Assembly (NCBI RefSeq): GCF_008831285.2
Contig: NC_045138.2
Span: 40,920,001-40,984,000 of the forward strand
Length of the DNA stretch: 64,000 nucleotides
Direction: 5' to 3'
Origin: Nymphaea colorata
Lineage: Eukaryota
Shown: positions 12,601 to 27,600 of the stretch, in pieces
How the letters are laid out: every line of letters starts with the position of its first letter
Position numbering within the stretch: position 1 is the first letter of the stretch
Position numbers and translations under genes: made by a program
Notes under the pieces: generated by a model
Database searches by the model: none
Told to the model about the DNA's origin: nothing
Seen by the model: only the letters and a program-made list of their open reading frames with translations

Positions 12601-15600
12601 GGATTTGGGGTTTAATACATCGAGCAGATCCCGGACAAGAGGACAGGTAAGATACACTAAACAGATTTTTTTAAAGTACATCAATACAGGCTGCAACCTA
12701 GACAACTGAGCTGGTCTTGAACGGTAAGTTCCTGCAGAATGACAAGCCATGTGCAGAACACAATCCCACTAAACACGTCCCACAAGTTCTGCGCAGACAC
12801 AATGTGTTCATCTTTCTCATTCCATGCATTGACCAGTTAAACATTAAGAATTTCAAAAACACCCTGCAAGAGATGTACCTAGATTACACATTTAGCAATA
12901 TTAAGGCAGCAGAATCAGTAATCTATGTGGAGAACTGTACTTTAGCATTTTAACCATTTGTGGAACCCCAATTCTCTATAGCTAAGAAACAAGCACAGTA
13001 AGACCCCTCCAGTCAAATCCATACATTATCAACAATTTTGAACTTGTTAACTCATTCTCTATAGCTAAGATACAACTAAACAACCTACAATATTATTCAA
13101 AATCAGAAAATAAAATTTGAAACTCTCACAGTAAGACCCTTCCAGTTAAATCCATACAGTATCAGCATTTTGAGACTTGTTACGCACACCCTTAAGCATA
13201 CTCTAGAAGTCAATCACTATCAGTACTGTCAGCTTGATAGATACGAAATGCCATCAAAAGTAAAATATAGAGACTAGTCGCATGTCAGATGTTGCATAAA
13301 AGGTACTCAATAGGCTTCCAAGGCACGACCACCTACTTTCTGCCCAGACCCTAATTTTATTTTTCCTGACATTTGAGTTATTTAGAAAATCTGAGTCACT
13401 TCAATTGATTCTTTCATATGTGATTTTTTAAATTTATGTTATTTTTTCACATGCGATGATGTTTTCCACTTCTTTCGTGTGCTAGGTCATTAGTCATACT
13501 CAGGCACCAGTGTGACCCTCAGAAGACAATAGGAGGCCCAGCAACATGAGACCAGAAGAATTGTTAAAAGCAGGAAAAAGACTAACTTGCTTCCAGGGCC
13601 ACATACGAAACAGATCACAAGTCGTAAATTCGTAATACTTTGATTAGTTTATGTATAGGTGAGGACGCTCATAGAATGCACTGATGGACATTGACAGAGA
13701 CGGAAATTTAAAGGTAAAATGTATAAGAAAACAAAATAATGAAAAAGAAAGGGCAACATGCAGAAGGGACATATCACAGACAAAGGCTAAGATGGGAAGT
13801 CGGAACCACCAACATGAACACCAATTCAGTTCCAAATTTTTTGAGGCAGGGTGGCATGTGCCCCTCCACTGCCTCAATGTAGTTGCCACTGTCGATGAAG
13901 CTTAAAAATATATGGAGTTACAAATATTTGCATTTTTTATATTGTTTGTCATTCACAGAGGATACAATGATAATCTTTCACCAGCTAACTTGACAGAAAT
14001 AACCTCATGGACCTTTTCATAAAAAAACTTGCATGTACTTTTTACAGTACTTAGGATTTATTTGTGCTTTCAATTATTGTTAAATATTCAGATGTGATTT
14101 TGAAAAATTTTCTAAATTAAGGCAGTTCCCTTAGCACAGCAATATAAGTGGAAAACAACATACAACAAAGGAAACTGAAAAAATAAACACGACCAAATGA
14201 AGAGTCCAGATCAAATCATAGGAAAATTAGGATCATTCTCTATGTTAACTAATAAAATGTAGTGGAACTACCAAAAAACAGATGTATGATAGCTTAAAAA
14301 GTGACAGCACTATAGTTTCATAAAATAAGGTTGTAATGCTCTTCAAAGACAAAAGTTACTATGAAGACTAATGACACCAGGACCATATTACTATAGTAAA
14401 ATCGAAAAATCAGATAATGCCACTGAAGCTGCAAATTCCACGATGAAAGAATCAAAGACCATTTTTATATCTAGAAACTCATTAAGAGGTAACTTCCCAA
14501 GCAGAGAAGCATAGTGGACAAGAGTAGGATAATACCAAATCTGCTTCTTACCTGTGGATCTGACAGCAAAATATCGTCCAGAACAGGCCCATTGGTATGA
14601 ACATCCTGGCTTCTTATTTGAGTACTAGTCCACTTGGGTAGACCAACACTCTGTGAACGAATATGTGACATGGGGTCAGTATGAATGGATGCAGAATGAT
14701 TCAGAAAACATAACTGCATGATTGAGAAAAGAAAAAAAGCCTGATTTTGCAGATGTTCAGAGGTTTAGTGTGCATACAGAGAGTATGTAACTAAGGTCAA
14801 GTTGTTGTGTTTTCACCAAAGAGATGCTTCTTGGTCTTAGCAAATCAGTTCGACCAATAATATCATCCAACTTCTCGTATCCAAGTTGTGCCAACATGCC
14901 GCGCACCTAACAATGCAAAAGTTTATTCTTCTCAAATGCCTTGACAAGATTGAATAATCAGCCAGAATGGATGGAGTAAAAGCATGCAGCTTAACATCAT
15001 GATAGATAGCAAATCTGACGATGAACAAGCTGAAATTCATAATATAAACCCAAAAACAACTAATTCACCTCTTCAGCAACAAACAGGAAGAAATTAACAA
15101 GATCCCCTGGGACACCAGGAAAACGAGCCCGTAACTCCTCTCTCTGCAGAAATTTGTGTACACATGCAATTAATGATGATCAGAGAGTTACCAAAAAGTT
15201 AAGAAACAAAAAGGAAAAAAGTCATTACCAACCTGACTTGCCACACCAACTGGGCAGTTATTCGTGTGGCATATTCGTGCCATAACGCATCCAGTAGCAA
15301 TCATAGCTACAGAACCAAACCCATATTCATCAGCACCCATTGCAGCAGCCATCATAACATCCATACCGCTTTTGAGACCACCATCAACTCTCAAAATGAC
15401 CCTCTCCCTCAGACCATTTTCAATTAACGTCTGCAGAATTAAACCTATAATCAACACCTGTAGCATATGCAAGTGGCAGAACAAAAGGCACAGCATGACC
15501 AAGATCGAATAAGCTCCAGGAGAGAGCGACCTGATGAGTTTCTGTGAGTCCAAGTTCCCATGGACCACCAGCATGCTTAATTGAACTGATAGGACTTGCT

Positions 15601-18600
15601 CCAGTTCCACCATCATGACCAGAAATCTGGAAGTCCATATATGGTACAAATATTAATCTAAGAAGATTCTTATAATAAAAATTGTTAACAATGGTGACCA
15701 TCTTAGTCCAAAGACAGCTGCACATCAATGACCCACATGCAACTAAAAAGGGGTGGGGGTGGAGGGAGCGAATAAACAAGAAACTGACAAAGGTAATGTG
15801 CATGGATGATTCAAGGTGATTGCCTTCACTTCCACTTATAATCTATTAAAGGTTTAGTCTCAGGAAAAATTAACTGTCACCTACCCATGTAAAGATAATC
15901 TTTTTAAAAGTCTGTGACTGGAATCATCACACAAATATCTACTTTCAGACAGAAATGTACTTCATATACCTAATATCAAGAAAATATTAAAAATTTCTAA
16001 CACAGTTCTTCCATTTCAAAAATGAAATCTTTTCCAATATGTTCTTAAACGTTATATAGATCATTTTGTTATCATTTGCAATGGTATAGATTACCTGAAT
16101 TATATCAGCATTACCCTTTGCAACCCCAGAAGCAACCGTACCAATACCAGCTTCTGCGACAAGCTTAACAGAGACCTTGGCCTTGGGATTGACCTGTAAA
16201 ATTTTCAAGTTACAACCATGCAAGACATGAATGAGTTACAAGGAAATCCTCCAGGGTTTAAGTTTAAAAACATCACTGTTCGACTACAAGCAGAAAACGG
16301 GTCAACTTTACCTGATGAAGATCAAAAATTAACTGTGCCAAGTCTTCAATGGAATAGATGTCATGATGTGGAGGTGGGGATATAAGAGGAACCCCCGGCT
16401 TTGAGTTCCGCAGTCGTGCAATATAGGCGCTAACCTTTTTGCCTGGAAGCTGCCCTCCTTCTCCAGGCTTTGCACCTTGGGCAATTTTAATTTCGAGCTG
16501 ATCAGCATTTACAAGAAATGTAGGAGTGACTCCAAAACGCCCTGAAGCAACCTGAACAAAAACAAAGACAATCAATTCCAGGGATGGAATCTTGAAACCT
16601 TCAAAGTTCAAATATACTACTATATACTGCCTCTTCAAACTGTACATGTGCCAAGAAGAGAAAGATGACAAACTTATGATGTCAGAACATCACTCAAGAA
16701 GAACCATAATACTTATTTTGCCAGTATAAATATATAGAATCTATAATCTTTGTGGTACTTTTTCAAGCAATTTCTGAATAAGAGGAAGATAACCTTAGAC
16801 CATAGAACATTGGCTAACAACAATAATCATAAATCTTTTTTCTCACCATAAGTAGAACCTGAGCTTTTAAATGTTAAACGCTAAAAATAAGGCCATTGAT
16901 ATTTGTTCTTTTAATCTAATATTTTAATATTTTGAACTTTTTTTTTTTTTACCACAGGAGATCCCAATTTTCCTACTCCATCTAAATGAAATGGTTATAT
17001 ACCAAGAAAAAACTTCCTACAGGCCCAGATGACAGGCTAAGTCTCTGCTAATCCAGGACTATTTGGTGCCTGTATTAGATCAATTAGTCAAGTATTACTA
17101 TACAAAGGATCAAGGATTAGGCTGAAGACAACGAAAGATGAGGTGAAGGTGAAGAAGAGTTCGCCCTTGAACTGTGAAGAGCCCCCAGGCTCACATGTCA
17201 CCATAATGTTTTAACAACCTTGCCATAAGTCAAGTACCAAACAATTGCATGACTCATGCTAATGTGCATTACCTAGGTTTGCATTTTGAAATACTATGCT
17301 ACAAAGGATTAAGGGGTAGGAAGAACAGATTTGAAGGGAGGAGAATTTGCTTGTGAAAAGCCCCGTTGCCCTCACATGCCACCATAATGCTCTGGACCAA
17401 AGCAGTTACAAGCACTGCATATCTAAAGCAAAATGTGCAGCACCTTGGCACCCTATGTCACATAGGTACGGGTATGGGTACAGGTGCTCGTACGGGTACA
17501 AGGAAATAAGTAGGGGTACAACATTTTTGCCAATCTTGATACGGTGGTACAGTGATAATTATATATTTTTAATTCCAAAAAACAAAATTGATATCACATC
17601 ATTAAGACAATGTTCCTCTCATAGTTCCTACATATAAATATATAATCTAAAAAAAAACGTAAATAGACTAAGAGAATGTTTCTTTTGTGGTTTGGATTGG
17701 TTCCGACCCCGAACCGATCCAAACCTACCCAGTCGTATGGTTTTGCGAACTGTATGTTGGTACACCGGTATGGGAATGTGGGCCTCCCCTGCGTACCATT
17801 GTAACATAGTTGGTAACCCTATATGAATAGTCAGTATGCATCCAGTGCTATCCCTAAACATGCTTAGGCTGTTTGAAATATCTGTAGAAGAGTAGAGATT
17901 CACAGTAAAAACGGGCAGACCTGTTTAATTGCACTTGTGGCAGTGTCCCCATTCTGGAGACCTTTCAGGTGTGGTAGAGTTGAAGAGTATCCATCAACAA
18001 CATCAGATAGTGGACGCCAACGGATAGGATCCTGAAATAAAAGCACTGAGATGAAAAATGTGCAACGGAAAAAATATAAATTCATACATTATTACATAGC
18101 ATTGTTTATCCAAATCATACGGAAGTCAACAAATTAAAAACATTTGTTTTTTCAGTAATAAACTACATGGCATCAAAACAATACAGATGGAACAGATATT
18201 ACCTCACCACCTTCTCCTGAGTTAGACTTTCCACCTAATCTGTTCATTGCTATTGCAATTGCTTCATGGGTTTCTCTTGAAATAGCTCCAAGAGACATCC
18301 CACCAGTGCAAAAACGCTCAACAATTGATGAAGCAGATTCAACTTTGCCTACAGGGATAGGTGGCCTGTCACTCTTAAATTCAAGAAGGTCCCGTAGAAC
18401 CTACAAAGGAAAAGGGTTCACATCATTACAATAGGGAAAAAAACATTAAAGGTACAGAACAATTTTGCAACACAATCACAATAAGATGAAGAAAAACTAC
18501 GAAACTGACATTTATAGGACGGTTGGCAATGTGTTGTTGATAAATTGAGAAAGCTGTTTCACTTTTTTGACGGACTGCTTTGTGCAGCAACTTTGACATC

Positions 18601-21600
18601 TCAGGATTGTTTCCATGATATTCCCCTGTATATATGAACAAAATATGAATAAGATACTCCACATTGAAGAGGGTGTCATGGCTATGAAACAAACGTTATA
18701 GTAGAAATTATGTGATGAGATGGAAGATTTTTTGCTTTTGAACTACTTCAAGGTGAAATAACATTAACTTGTAACAGCCAGAAACTCCCCTAGAGTGTGG
18801 TGGTTTGCAAGCACAAAGAAAATGAACTATAAAGGATTTTTTCATAAGAGCCAATTGCATGATTACAGCAGAAAATATTGGTAAACCATACATTAAATAA
18901 CTACCTCCAGGTCTGAATTGAATAAATCCAAAATTTTGAAGCCGCTTTGCAGTATCTTCTGAAAAGGCCTTCACCCAAAAAGATAATGTCTCTCTTGCAA
19001 CCTATAATAATAAATCATTATTGCTAACATTAATATTAATAACTGCAATACAAGAAGAAGAAAATGAATATTATAGCCATGTAATAGAAAGAGATAAGTT
19101 ACATTTGCAAGTATTTAGCAAAGCTGCAATTGTAAGCATAGAGATGAGTGGCTCAAAGCAGGAGCTAGCAACACATGGCTTGGAACTTGGAAGTACACAT
19201 GATCTAAGGATAGAAAAAAAAAAATGCATAAACAGGAAAAACTGCACCTTACTAATTATCCTAATAATAAAGTGCGTGTTAATAAATAACCAATATAAAC
19301 TTAAATTCTATGTCACATGGGTGTGGGTGTGGGTGCGGGTGTGGGCAGGGGTGCAAATGCGGCGATGGCATATAGATAGATAGATAGATATAATATGTCA
19401 TATAAGTAATTTTATTTGTCTATATTTTTAAATTTTTCTATCAACGTTACCTTAATCTCATATGGAATTCAAAGTTGTAAAAAAATAAAATAGGGGGAAG
19501 AAAGAGAGAAGAGGGAAAAGATAGAATAAGAAAAAAAAATTTAAAAAAACAAGGGAAAAAAAGAAAGGGTGTGGTCAGTAGATGTCGGGCCGCACCTGCA
19601 CTCGAGTCGACTAGGGTATGCCACCATTTTTGGTGCACCAGTGTGACTTAGCTTAAATTTTGTTTTACATGACAAAGTCACCTATTCCATTAACAAACTT
19701 AATCTGAAAATATCCAGTTCACTATGCAAGAAAATACTATAAATTTAAAATAAATAGCAACCGCTGATAACATTAACATCAATCTAAAACATTTACGATT
19801 TTTGTGACAGAGAGGAACAATGTTTTTTAACTAGAAAATTTATGGAAGCTAATGCATTGAATTCTTATTAAATGAATTGTCTAAAGCCTTTGAAAACAAA
19901 TGTTTGAAATTTTCACAAATTACAAGAATGTAGCCAAGCAAGATTCACTTTTCAATAACGTCAAAAAGATAAAAATGACATCAATACTCTAGAATCTAGA
20001 TATTAAAATTCCCTAACAATAGAGTGATAAAGTATGGCCTTAACTGACATGCTTAGATAATAAAGTACATACAAACTACAAAGTAATAGTTAATGATGAC
20101 TTAAATTACACAATTACTTTTATTTTAAATTACAAAATTATTTTAGACAACTATGTTGTCATAGAAGAAAATCTAATAGCTTGAGTACTTCTAAGTTCAC
20201 CATATAGAAATATTACAAATTAGCAACAAACGCAAGCTACAAAAAACACCATAAATCACAATGATAACATAAATTTCACAAGAAAAATCACTTACAATCA
20301 GAAATATGCTTAAGCAAATGCATTGACTTGGTTTCAAATGAATCATTTAATATGGAAAGAACATATTCGAATTTTTCAAAATTATAAACAGGCAACCATT
20401 TTAAGATTTTCCTTCAACCGAGTCAAGATAAATAAATATGTCGCTAATACCATAAATATTAAAATTCCCAACTTGTGAATGTGTTTCCCAATGAAGAAGT
20501 GCAACTGTGTGCTGAAACTTTGTGTCCTGGAAAGCATTTTTCATGGCAACAGAACTAAATTCTGCAAACACCTTGAATTTTTTTTCAAATGCAATTTCCA
20601 GGAGCAAGTTTTAGCAAGCAGGAGTTGAAGCTTCCAGTAACCATGACTAAATGGAGAACTTAGAAGAAAAAGCAATTCAAATATTTATGCACATTAGTTT
20701 ACTGTGCACAAGCACTAGCATGCACACTTGTAAGCATGTGAGCATGGCAGTGTCTGCACAAGCATAACTTTTTACTGTGGACGAGGCAAGCATATACTAA
20801 AAATATATGATTAAAGAAAAAGAAAATGCTGTTGGTTATACAAACTTCAAAGAACAGAGTTCCACCTCACTTCATCATTAATAATGCAGAATTTTGATTC
20901 TTGGTTTAAAGGCGAGGGCGGGAAAAACAGAACATAGTCTAAAAGTATGGTTTTTGTGAAGTGCACCTCATCAACAGTTAATCCACCAACTTTGGAGACA
21001 CTTCCACAGAAAGCTAGATCAACGACGTCATGCCCCAGACCATAAATCTCAAATATTTGGGCTCCACAATAACTGAAGAGAAAGGAAAGTAACAAGTCAA
21101 AGAAAGGTTGAAATCTTTAGATTATAAAGTGATGGTATATTGCTTTTTTTCCTCAAACACAGAAAAACAAATAGAAGAAACTTATAGAGCATGAAGAAAC
21201 ACAAAAAAAAAACACATATTCAACAAATTAAAAGAGGTGGGGTGGGGATCTCAGGATAGCATCATAAGTTTTCAGCTCTAGCAATACTTTGAGAACAAAT
21301 ATTTTTTATTTATATTATCTACTGGCTGTAAAAAAACTATTAGTAGGATTTCCTACCATCAGGTATTAGCGACTACTATATATATACACTTCGAGTATTA
21401 GAATTGATCAATCAAAAACATACCTAGACAATAATGAAATGCCCATCTTAGATAGGATCTTGAGAAGACCTGATTTCACGGCCTGAAAAGCCAAAGAAGT
21501 ATGGATAATTCATGTGACTGAAATCAAGCCCACATATAATGTCAAATCATGATTACCTAAACTAAATTAAACAGAAATAGATAAAGCACATTGCATCAAC

Positions 21601-24600
21601 ATTCACATGCAAGTATTCATATAAACCCGTTTTCTAGTTAGTAAAAGCTTGGCTTAGGCAGATCTGCACTCTAGGTTATGGAAAGAGACAACCTGTATGC
21701 TAAATCCTTGGCCGCCTTCAGGTTTCAACTGAAAGGGCTTAAGATAACCTGCCACTCATCAAGGTGTAGGAGCTTATGTTTTGCATTTGACACTGAACAT
21801 AAAAGAAAATACCTATATGCAAATCTAATCCATGTAGGTGCACATGCAGTCAGATGTTTACATGCATAGTTAGTATTATGTCAAAAAAGAACACAGGCCA
21901 TCCAAAAGTGGAACAGACCATAGTCTATTTTCAGGGCTCAAAGCATGCACTGAATGAAATATAGTTTTTCAACTCTGAAATATATATGTCAGAGGAACAA
22001 AGTTTGGAACGAGAGAATAACCCCACAAAAGTTTGCATGCGATGTTTTACCAAAATAAGGATGCATAAATATTGAGGAAATGGCACCTAAGTCAGATGGG
22101 TGTTTCACTTGGTTGTTTGTATGGCAGGTATGGGCTACAGATACTTGGACACACGAGGTTACCTTTTGGATCAGATTCAGTCAGAGCTAGATATAATCCA
22201 ATCAAAACTTTGAAAAGTTCACTTTTTCCTATATATATATCATAGTCACAAATAGTGTCTCGGAGTTTTAAACAGCAAGGTTTTTCTCGGGTATAATACG
22301 GCGGGCTTCAAAAATACGAAGGGCTTGAAAAATACCAAAAAAATGGTATTTCTTTAAAAAATATTAAAAAACTAAAAATAGGGGGAAAATAAAATAAGTA
22401 AGAAAATAATAACACAAATATCAAAAGCTAAGTAGATTTGCAACAAATAAAAAATATAAAATGAAAAAAAAAACTGTTTGGCATTAAAAAAATGAAAAAA
22501 AATGGAAAACACGAAAAAAACGCGTAACATTGTTTTAAAGTTTTAAACGGCATTTCATTTTCTCGTGTTTTTTTTGGAAAATAATGCGTTTTTTGTGACT
22601 ATATATATACACCCAGCAGTACCCTGTACCCTCTATTTTGTGGAATAGTTGTGTTTTGTACATTCTGATTCTGTACCTACTTGTCTGGCAGAATTAAACA
22701 TATTAGGTCTATCCTCAGAACTTAAAAAACAAAAGAATTGGCACTGAAAATGACTCTGCATTGCATCTATATTGCAAATTGCTCTACCTTTTGGGCAGAA
22801 AAGCTTCAGATGAATTGGATGAACTCATCAAATAAGAACCTGGATTTTATACTTTCATTAGATGGCTAATTTAGATACTTTATCTTCATGCACTTCAAAG
22901 GCATGTAATAGTTGTTTTTTGTACATTCTGTACCTACTTGTCTGGCAGAATTAAACATATTAGGTCTATCCTCAGAACTTAAAAAACAAAAGATCAATTG
23001 GCAATGAAAATGACTCTGCATTGCGTCTATATTGCAAGTTGCTCTACCTTTTGGGCAGAAAAGCTTCAGATGAATTGGATGAACTCATCAAATAAGAACC
23101 TGGATTTTATTCTTCATTAGATGGCTAATTTAGATACTTTATCTTCATGCACTTCAAAGGCATGTATATATTAATTCCTTTTCTTAGCACTCAAGTTCAT
23201 ATAAGCAGCTATGCATCACAGATTGCATATGGTAACAGAGAGAGACTCAAAAAGAAATTCTCTAGCCTCATATCCCTACCCTGAAATTACCTTGCAAAAG
23301 TTTTTCTGAGCTTGCTCAATTGTCACAGTGGGCATCTTTCCATTTCGCATCAAGTTCACAGTTTTAGTACTCAGGCGCCACTGACGACAAGTCTCTAGTG
23401 CCAGATATGGACATATCGCACTGGAGGAGGAATAAGCAGATGTTATTAGCTCAATCACTAAATATAAATGCAATTTTATTAGGTATAATAATAACGTTGC
23501 AAAATGCAATGCAAAAATAGATATTCAGGAGAAATTCTATGCTTACACTTCCCTGAAAAGGACAGCTGTGGATGTAATAGGAAAGCAATTTCTTAGGAGA
23601 AGAAATAAACTATATGAAGAAGTGTAGCACTATTAGCTTGAGGAATGAAATCCAACTCCATAGAATGAAATGTGAAGCACAAAAATAAATGGCAATGCTT
23701 CTCAGAGTATAGTGCAAAAAGGAAGACTTATTCACTCCAAAGTAACAAATGAATGCATGCAACAGGCAAGGAAACATATGTACCCCATAAAACATGTGTC
23801 TTTCCTATGCACCATCTATGGAAAGTAGTTCTTTCCCTAATGATCTTCTAATAACCTAAGCTTGTTACAGATGGCTTCCTACCTAATAATCTTACTGAGC
23901 TTTGTGTGCCAGAGTTATGTGTACGGTGGATCTAGATCTCTTGAGTGGTTGCATCTCGCTCTTTTCTTGAATAGTTGCAAGCGAATGTATCTCGTCAAGA
24001 TTCTTATGCAGCAGATGTTGTGTTTCCCCATAATAAGGTACTTAAATATGATTAATTCTTTAGAAAGGTGACTAGTTTATGCTTTGGTTCTCCTAAAAGA
24101 GAGGGTATACATGGACAAAAGAAGCAGATTCCACAAACTGCAATAAGTGGCTTCAGTTGATAACCTGATATATAGCTTAGATCCAATACGGAGGAGAAAA
24201 CAAAAAAAAAATTGTTACTCTCCAACTAGAACATTTATAAAACTATTTTGTCAATTTCATGTTGTTTTTCCATGATTCAGATTCCTACAATAACTTCTTG
24301 TTCGATATCTTTATCTGATACTGAAAACTACATCATCATCATCATCATTAACATTATTATTGTTATTAATTATTATCATTACTACTGCTATTACTAACTA
24401 CCACCACCATTACTATCAATATACACTTCATCCAATCTGTTGGCATATTTGCTGATCCAGTCTCCATCTAATCTTCTGCATGAACAGTATGCCTTGACAT
24501 TCAGATGCCAAATTTACATGTCAAACAATCAGATGTTGTCAACTCAAAGCTGGATACCAGGTCAATGCAGGAAAAGCAGATTCTATTTGCTAGAGAAGGA

Positions 24601-27600
24601 AACTATGAGGAAATGTTTAACTACTCCAAAACCACTACGTTCATTATTTAAGAACAAAGAAAATTGACATCACCAAAACACTATCATGTGAACATTGTGA
24701 AGACAACTAAGCCTCAACAGTATCAATTATTAGGTGACTAAGCACAGAAAGGTAAACAAGGAAGAGGAAACACAAAACCAAATTAGTAACATTATCGATC
24801 GAAGATAAATACCTTGCACCATATCCAATTAAACAAGCAAACTGGTGAGTGCTGAAGCATTGGGCAGTGTCAGCAATTATGGAGGCTGACATACGCAAGC
24901 CATTCTGGATAAGATGTTGGTGAACCGCACCTACTGCAAGAAGTATTGGGATAGCAGGGCGTGTAGGTTCCTGCCATGAAAAGAATAAACCAAGTTTCTT
25001 CATCACCAAGGATATGTTTGACCATTAGGTGCCAGTTTAGGATAACCAGGCTAAACACACTCACACTGTCTTTGAGTTCTACCAAGCCAGTGTTTGGTTC
25101 AATCAGAAGTGATATGACCATTAATGTATCACACGCAAAGTTCCGTTTATATGGAACAGGTTTCATGGCTAAGAATATCAAGAGTCTGTGGTTAAAAGCC
25201 CATCACTCTCAAAAAACCATCCAATCAAGAGATCATCACATGAAGATGCAATAATTCATGCAAGCACAGAAATCAACTTCGAACCTTTGATGTTAGGCAA
25301 CGGGTTTCCAATCTTTATTGCATATCAGTTCTCTATGAAGCAGCCGATCTTAAGAAATGAGAAGAAAAGGGGTTTAAATAGTAGTAAAGAATCTGAGGTA
25401 AGATGCAGATTAATAAATAAGGAAAACTAGGAAATGCATATCTATCTATTGGCAAGAACTGCCTATGCAGTATGCATACAAAGGGTACCCATCCATGTCA
25501 CCTAAGGTCTGTCAAGACGATCATCCTTGTCACACAATATGGTTATAAGGTATGGTAATACAACTATTTATGACATTTCCTGTATATTTTGCATACAAAG
25601 AAGGGAAGATTGGGTGAGCAATAGATGTCCTTGTCAGGTATGCTTTGAACCATTGTCACACATCGTTCTCGGGGAAATCTCGGCAAGGTTTTTCTTGGGG
25701 TTTTTTTTTTTGGTGAAGTTCTTCTTCTTGGGTAAATAAATCTCAAAAAAATCTCCACAATTTTTTAAAAATTAAAAAATCATAAAATCATAAAAAACCT
25801 TAAAATATTTTAAAAATATTAAAATATCTGGAAAATCATGATAAAATCGTGACATTTCTTTCTTTAGTGAGATTTTCAAAATCTCACGAATTTTCACTTT
25901 ATTTGATTTTCTCGTATATATCGCGAGATTTTCGAAAATCTTGTGATACCTATGACACTGCTTTGAAGTAAAGCAGAACATATTTCAATTTCCATCAGAA
26001 GAGTAAAGCCTACATATGGGCATCCATTTTCTAGGAAACTTCAGTGAAATCTGACTTATTTTATTGGACTAATATACCGGAACGTATAGATTTGGAACAT
26101 GAGCTCCAGATTTCTTGGCTGTCATGCACAACCACCTGGTTCTGTAATCAACCAACATGTCAATGGACAGGCCAACAAGACAAGTTTAAAAGGATTACCA
26201 TAGAACCATAGATATGACTAGTGAAAGCTAACATTTTAAAGAAGAAAACATGAAATACAAAGTGGAGGCAGTTATCTTGTACCAGTTCATCAGACCGATC
26301 TGAAAGAATGAGAAGCTGAGAACCACCTCGTACAGCTTCATCAGCTGCTTCACAAAGCCTTCTCAAGGCTCTCTCCAGAGAACCATCAAGGCCTTTCTTT
26401 ATATCAAAAAAGGTCGGCAATATTTGGGGCTTCAGATGTGGATCTTTGACTAAAAGGTCCAGCTCCCTTTCATTCAAAACAGGACTTGAAAGGACAACCT
26501 TTCACAACAAAGGAAACATGGACTTAGATACTGTACAAATTCGTCGCACCTGGTTGAAGAAATAATTATGTTCCAAATGCAGTTATGCATACCTGTGCAG
26601 CATTGTCTGGTCCAAGTTCTAAAATGTTTCCCCTCTTACCCAGACTAACCTCAAGAGACATAACCAAGCCTTCTCGAAGGGGATCAATTGGAGGATTTGT
26701 GACCTGGAATAGGAAGTCCATATTATTATAAAACAGTTACCTCTACAGTAAGTAGAATCTAGATAATATTAATGCATGTCTCTTGGAAACCCTTTTCCAC
26801 AGATACTATAAATAGAATACTAATGAAGCATGGATGTGGTAAAATAAACAATATTCTAAAGCAGGATGAAGATCAACATTCATTTCTCTAACAAAAGTTA
26901 AAGGAAGTCAATATATTTGACATTCAAGCTTGAATTAGAACTAGGCTGCTCATGATGTCAATTAAGATAGGCCCCTCCCCAAAGAAGGCTTTGAATTCTG
27001 AAATTAGCTGGCCAAAGTGAACTGAAAGCCTGAATTGTCAATCAAAATTCAAAATACAAAGTGGCAGACACCATGGGCACAATCATGTGTTGCTTAACAT
27101 GCTATTGCAAGGTTAGAAGATTACATTCTTTAATGTCAACATGATCTGTCCTTGCATGATAATATGCAAGGTACTAAATGCATTTTGCTTCCAATAAATG
27201 GCACCAACTGATAAATTACAACCAAATAATTGCAGAAGAAGAAGATTTTCCATTAGGAAAGTACACTAAAGCTGGGATCACCTGTGCAAACCGCTGCTTG
27301 AAATAATCATATAACATATGTGGTTTCTGTGAGAGTGCAGCTAAAGGAATGTCATCTCCCATACAAAACGTTGGTTCCTTTCCTTGGGATGCCATGCTCT
27401 CAATTACCATCTGAACATCCTCACTTGAGTACCCATATGCCCTAAAACAAAATGCAGATGCACACACAATGAATTACTTCCTGATCTTGAAAAGGAAAAT
27501 AAAAGGACTAAAGGGTATAATTGGACAAAACTTGAAACTAAGTCTCAAAAACAAATTTGAAGGGGGTTATGAAGATATTTAAACTTTCAAGATTCAGATA

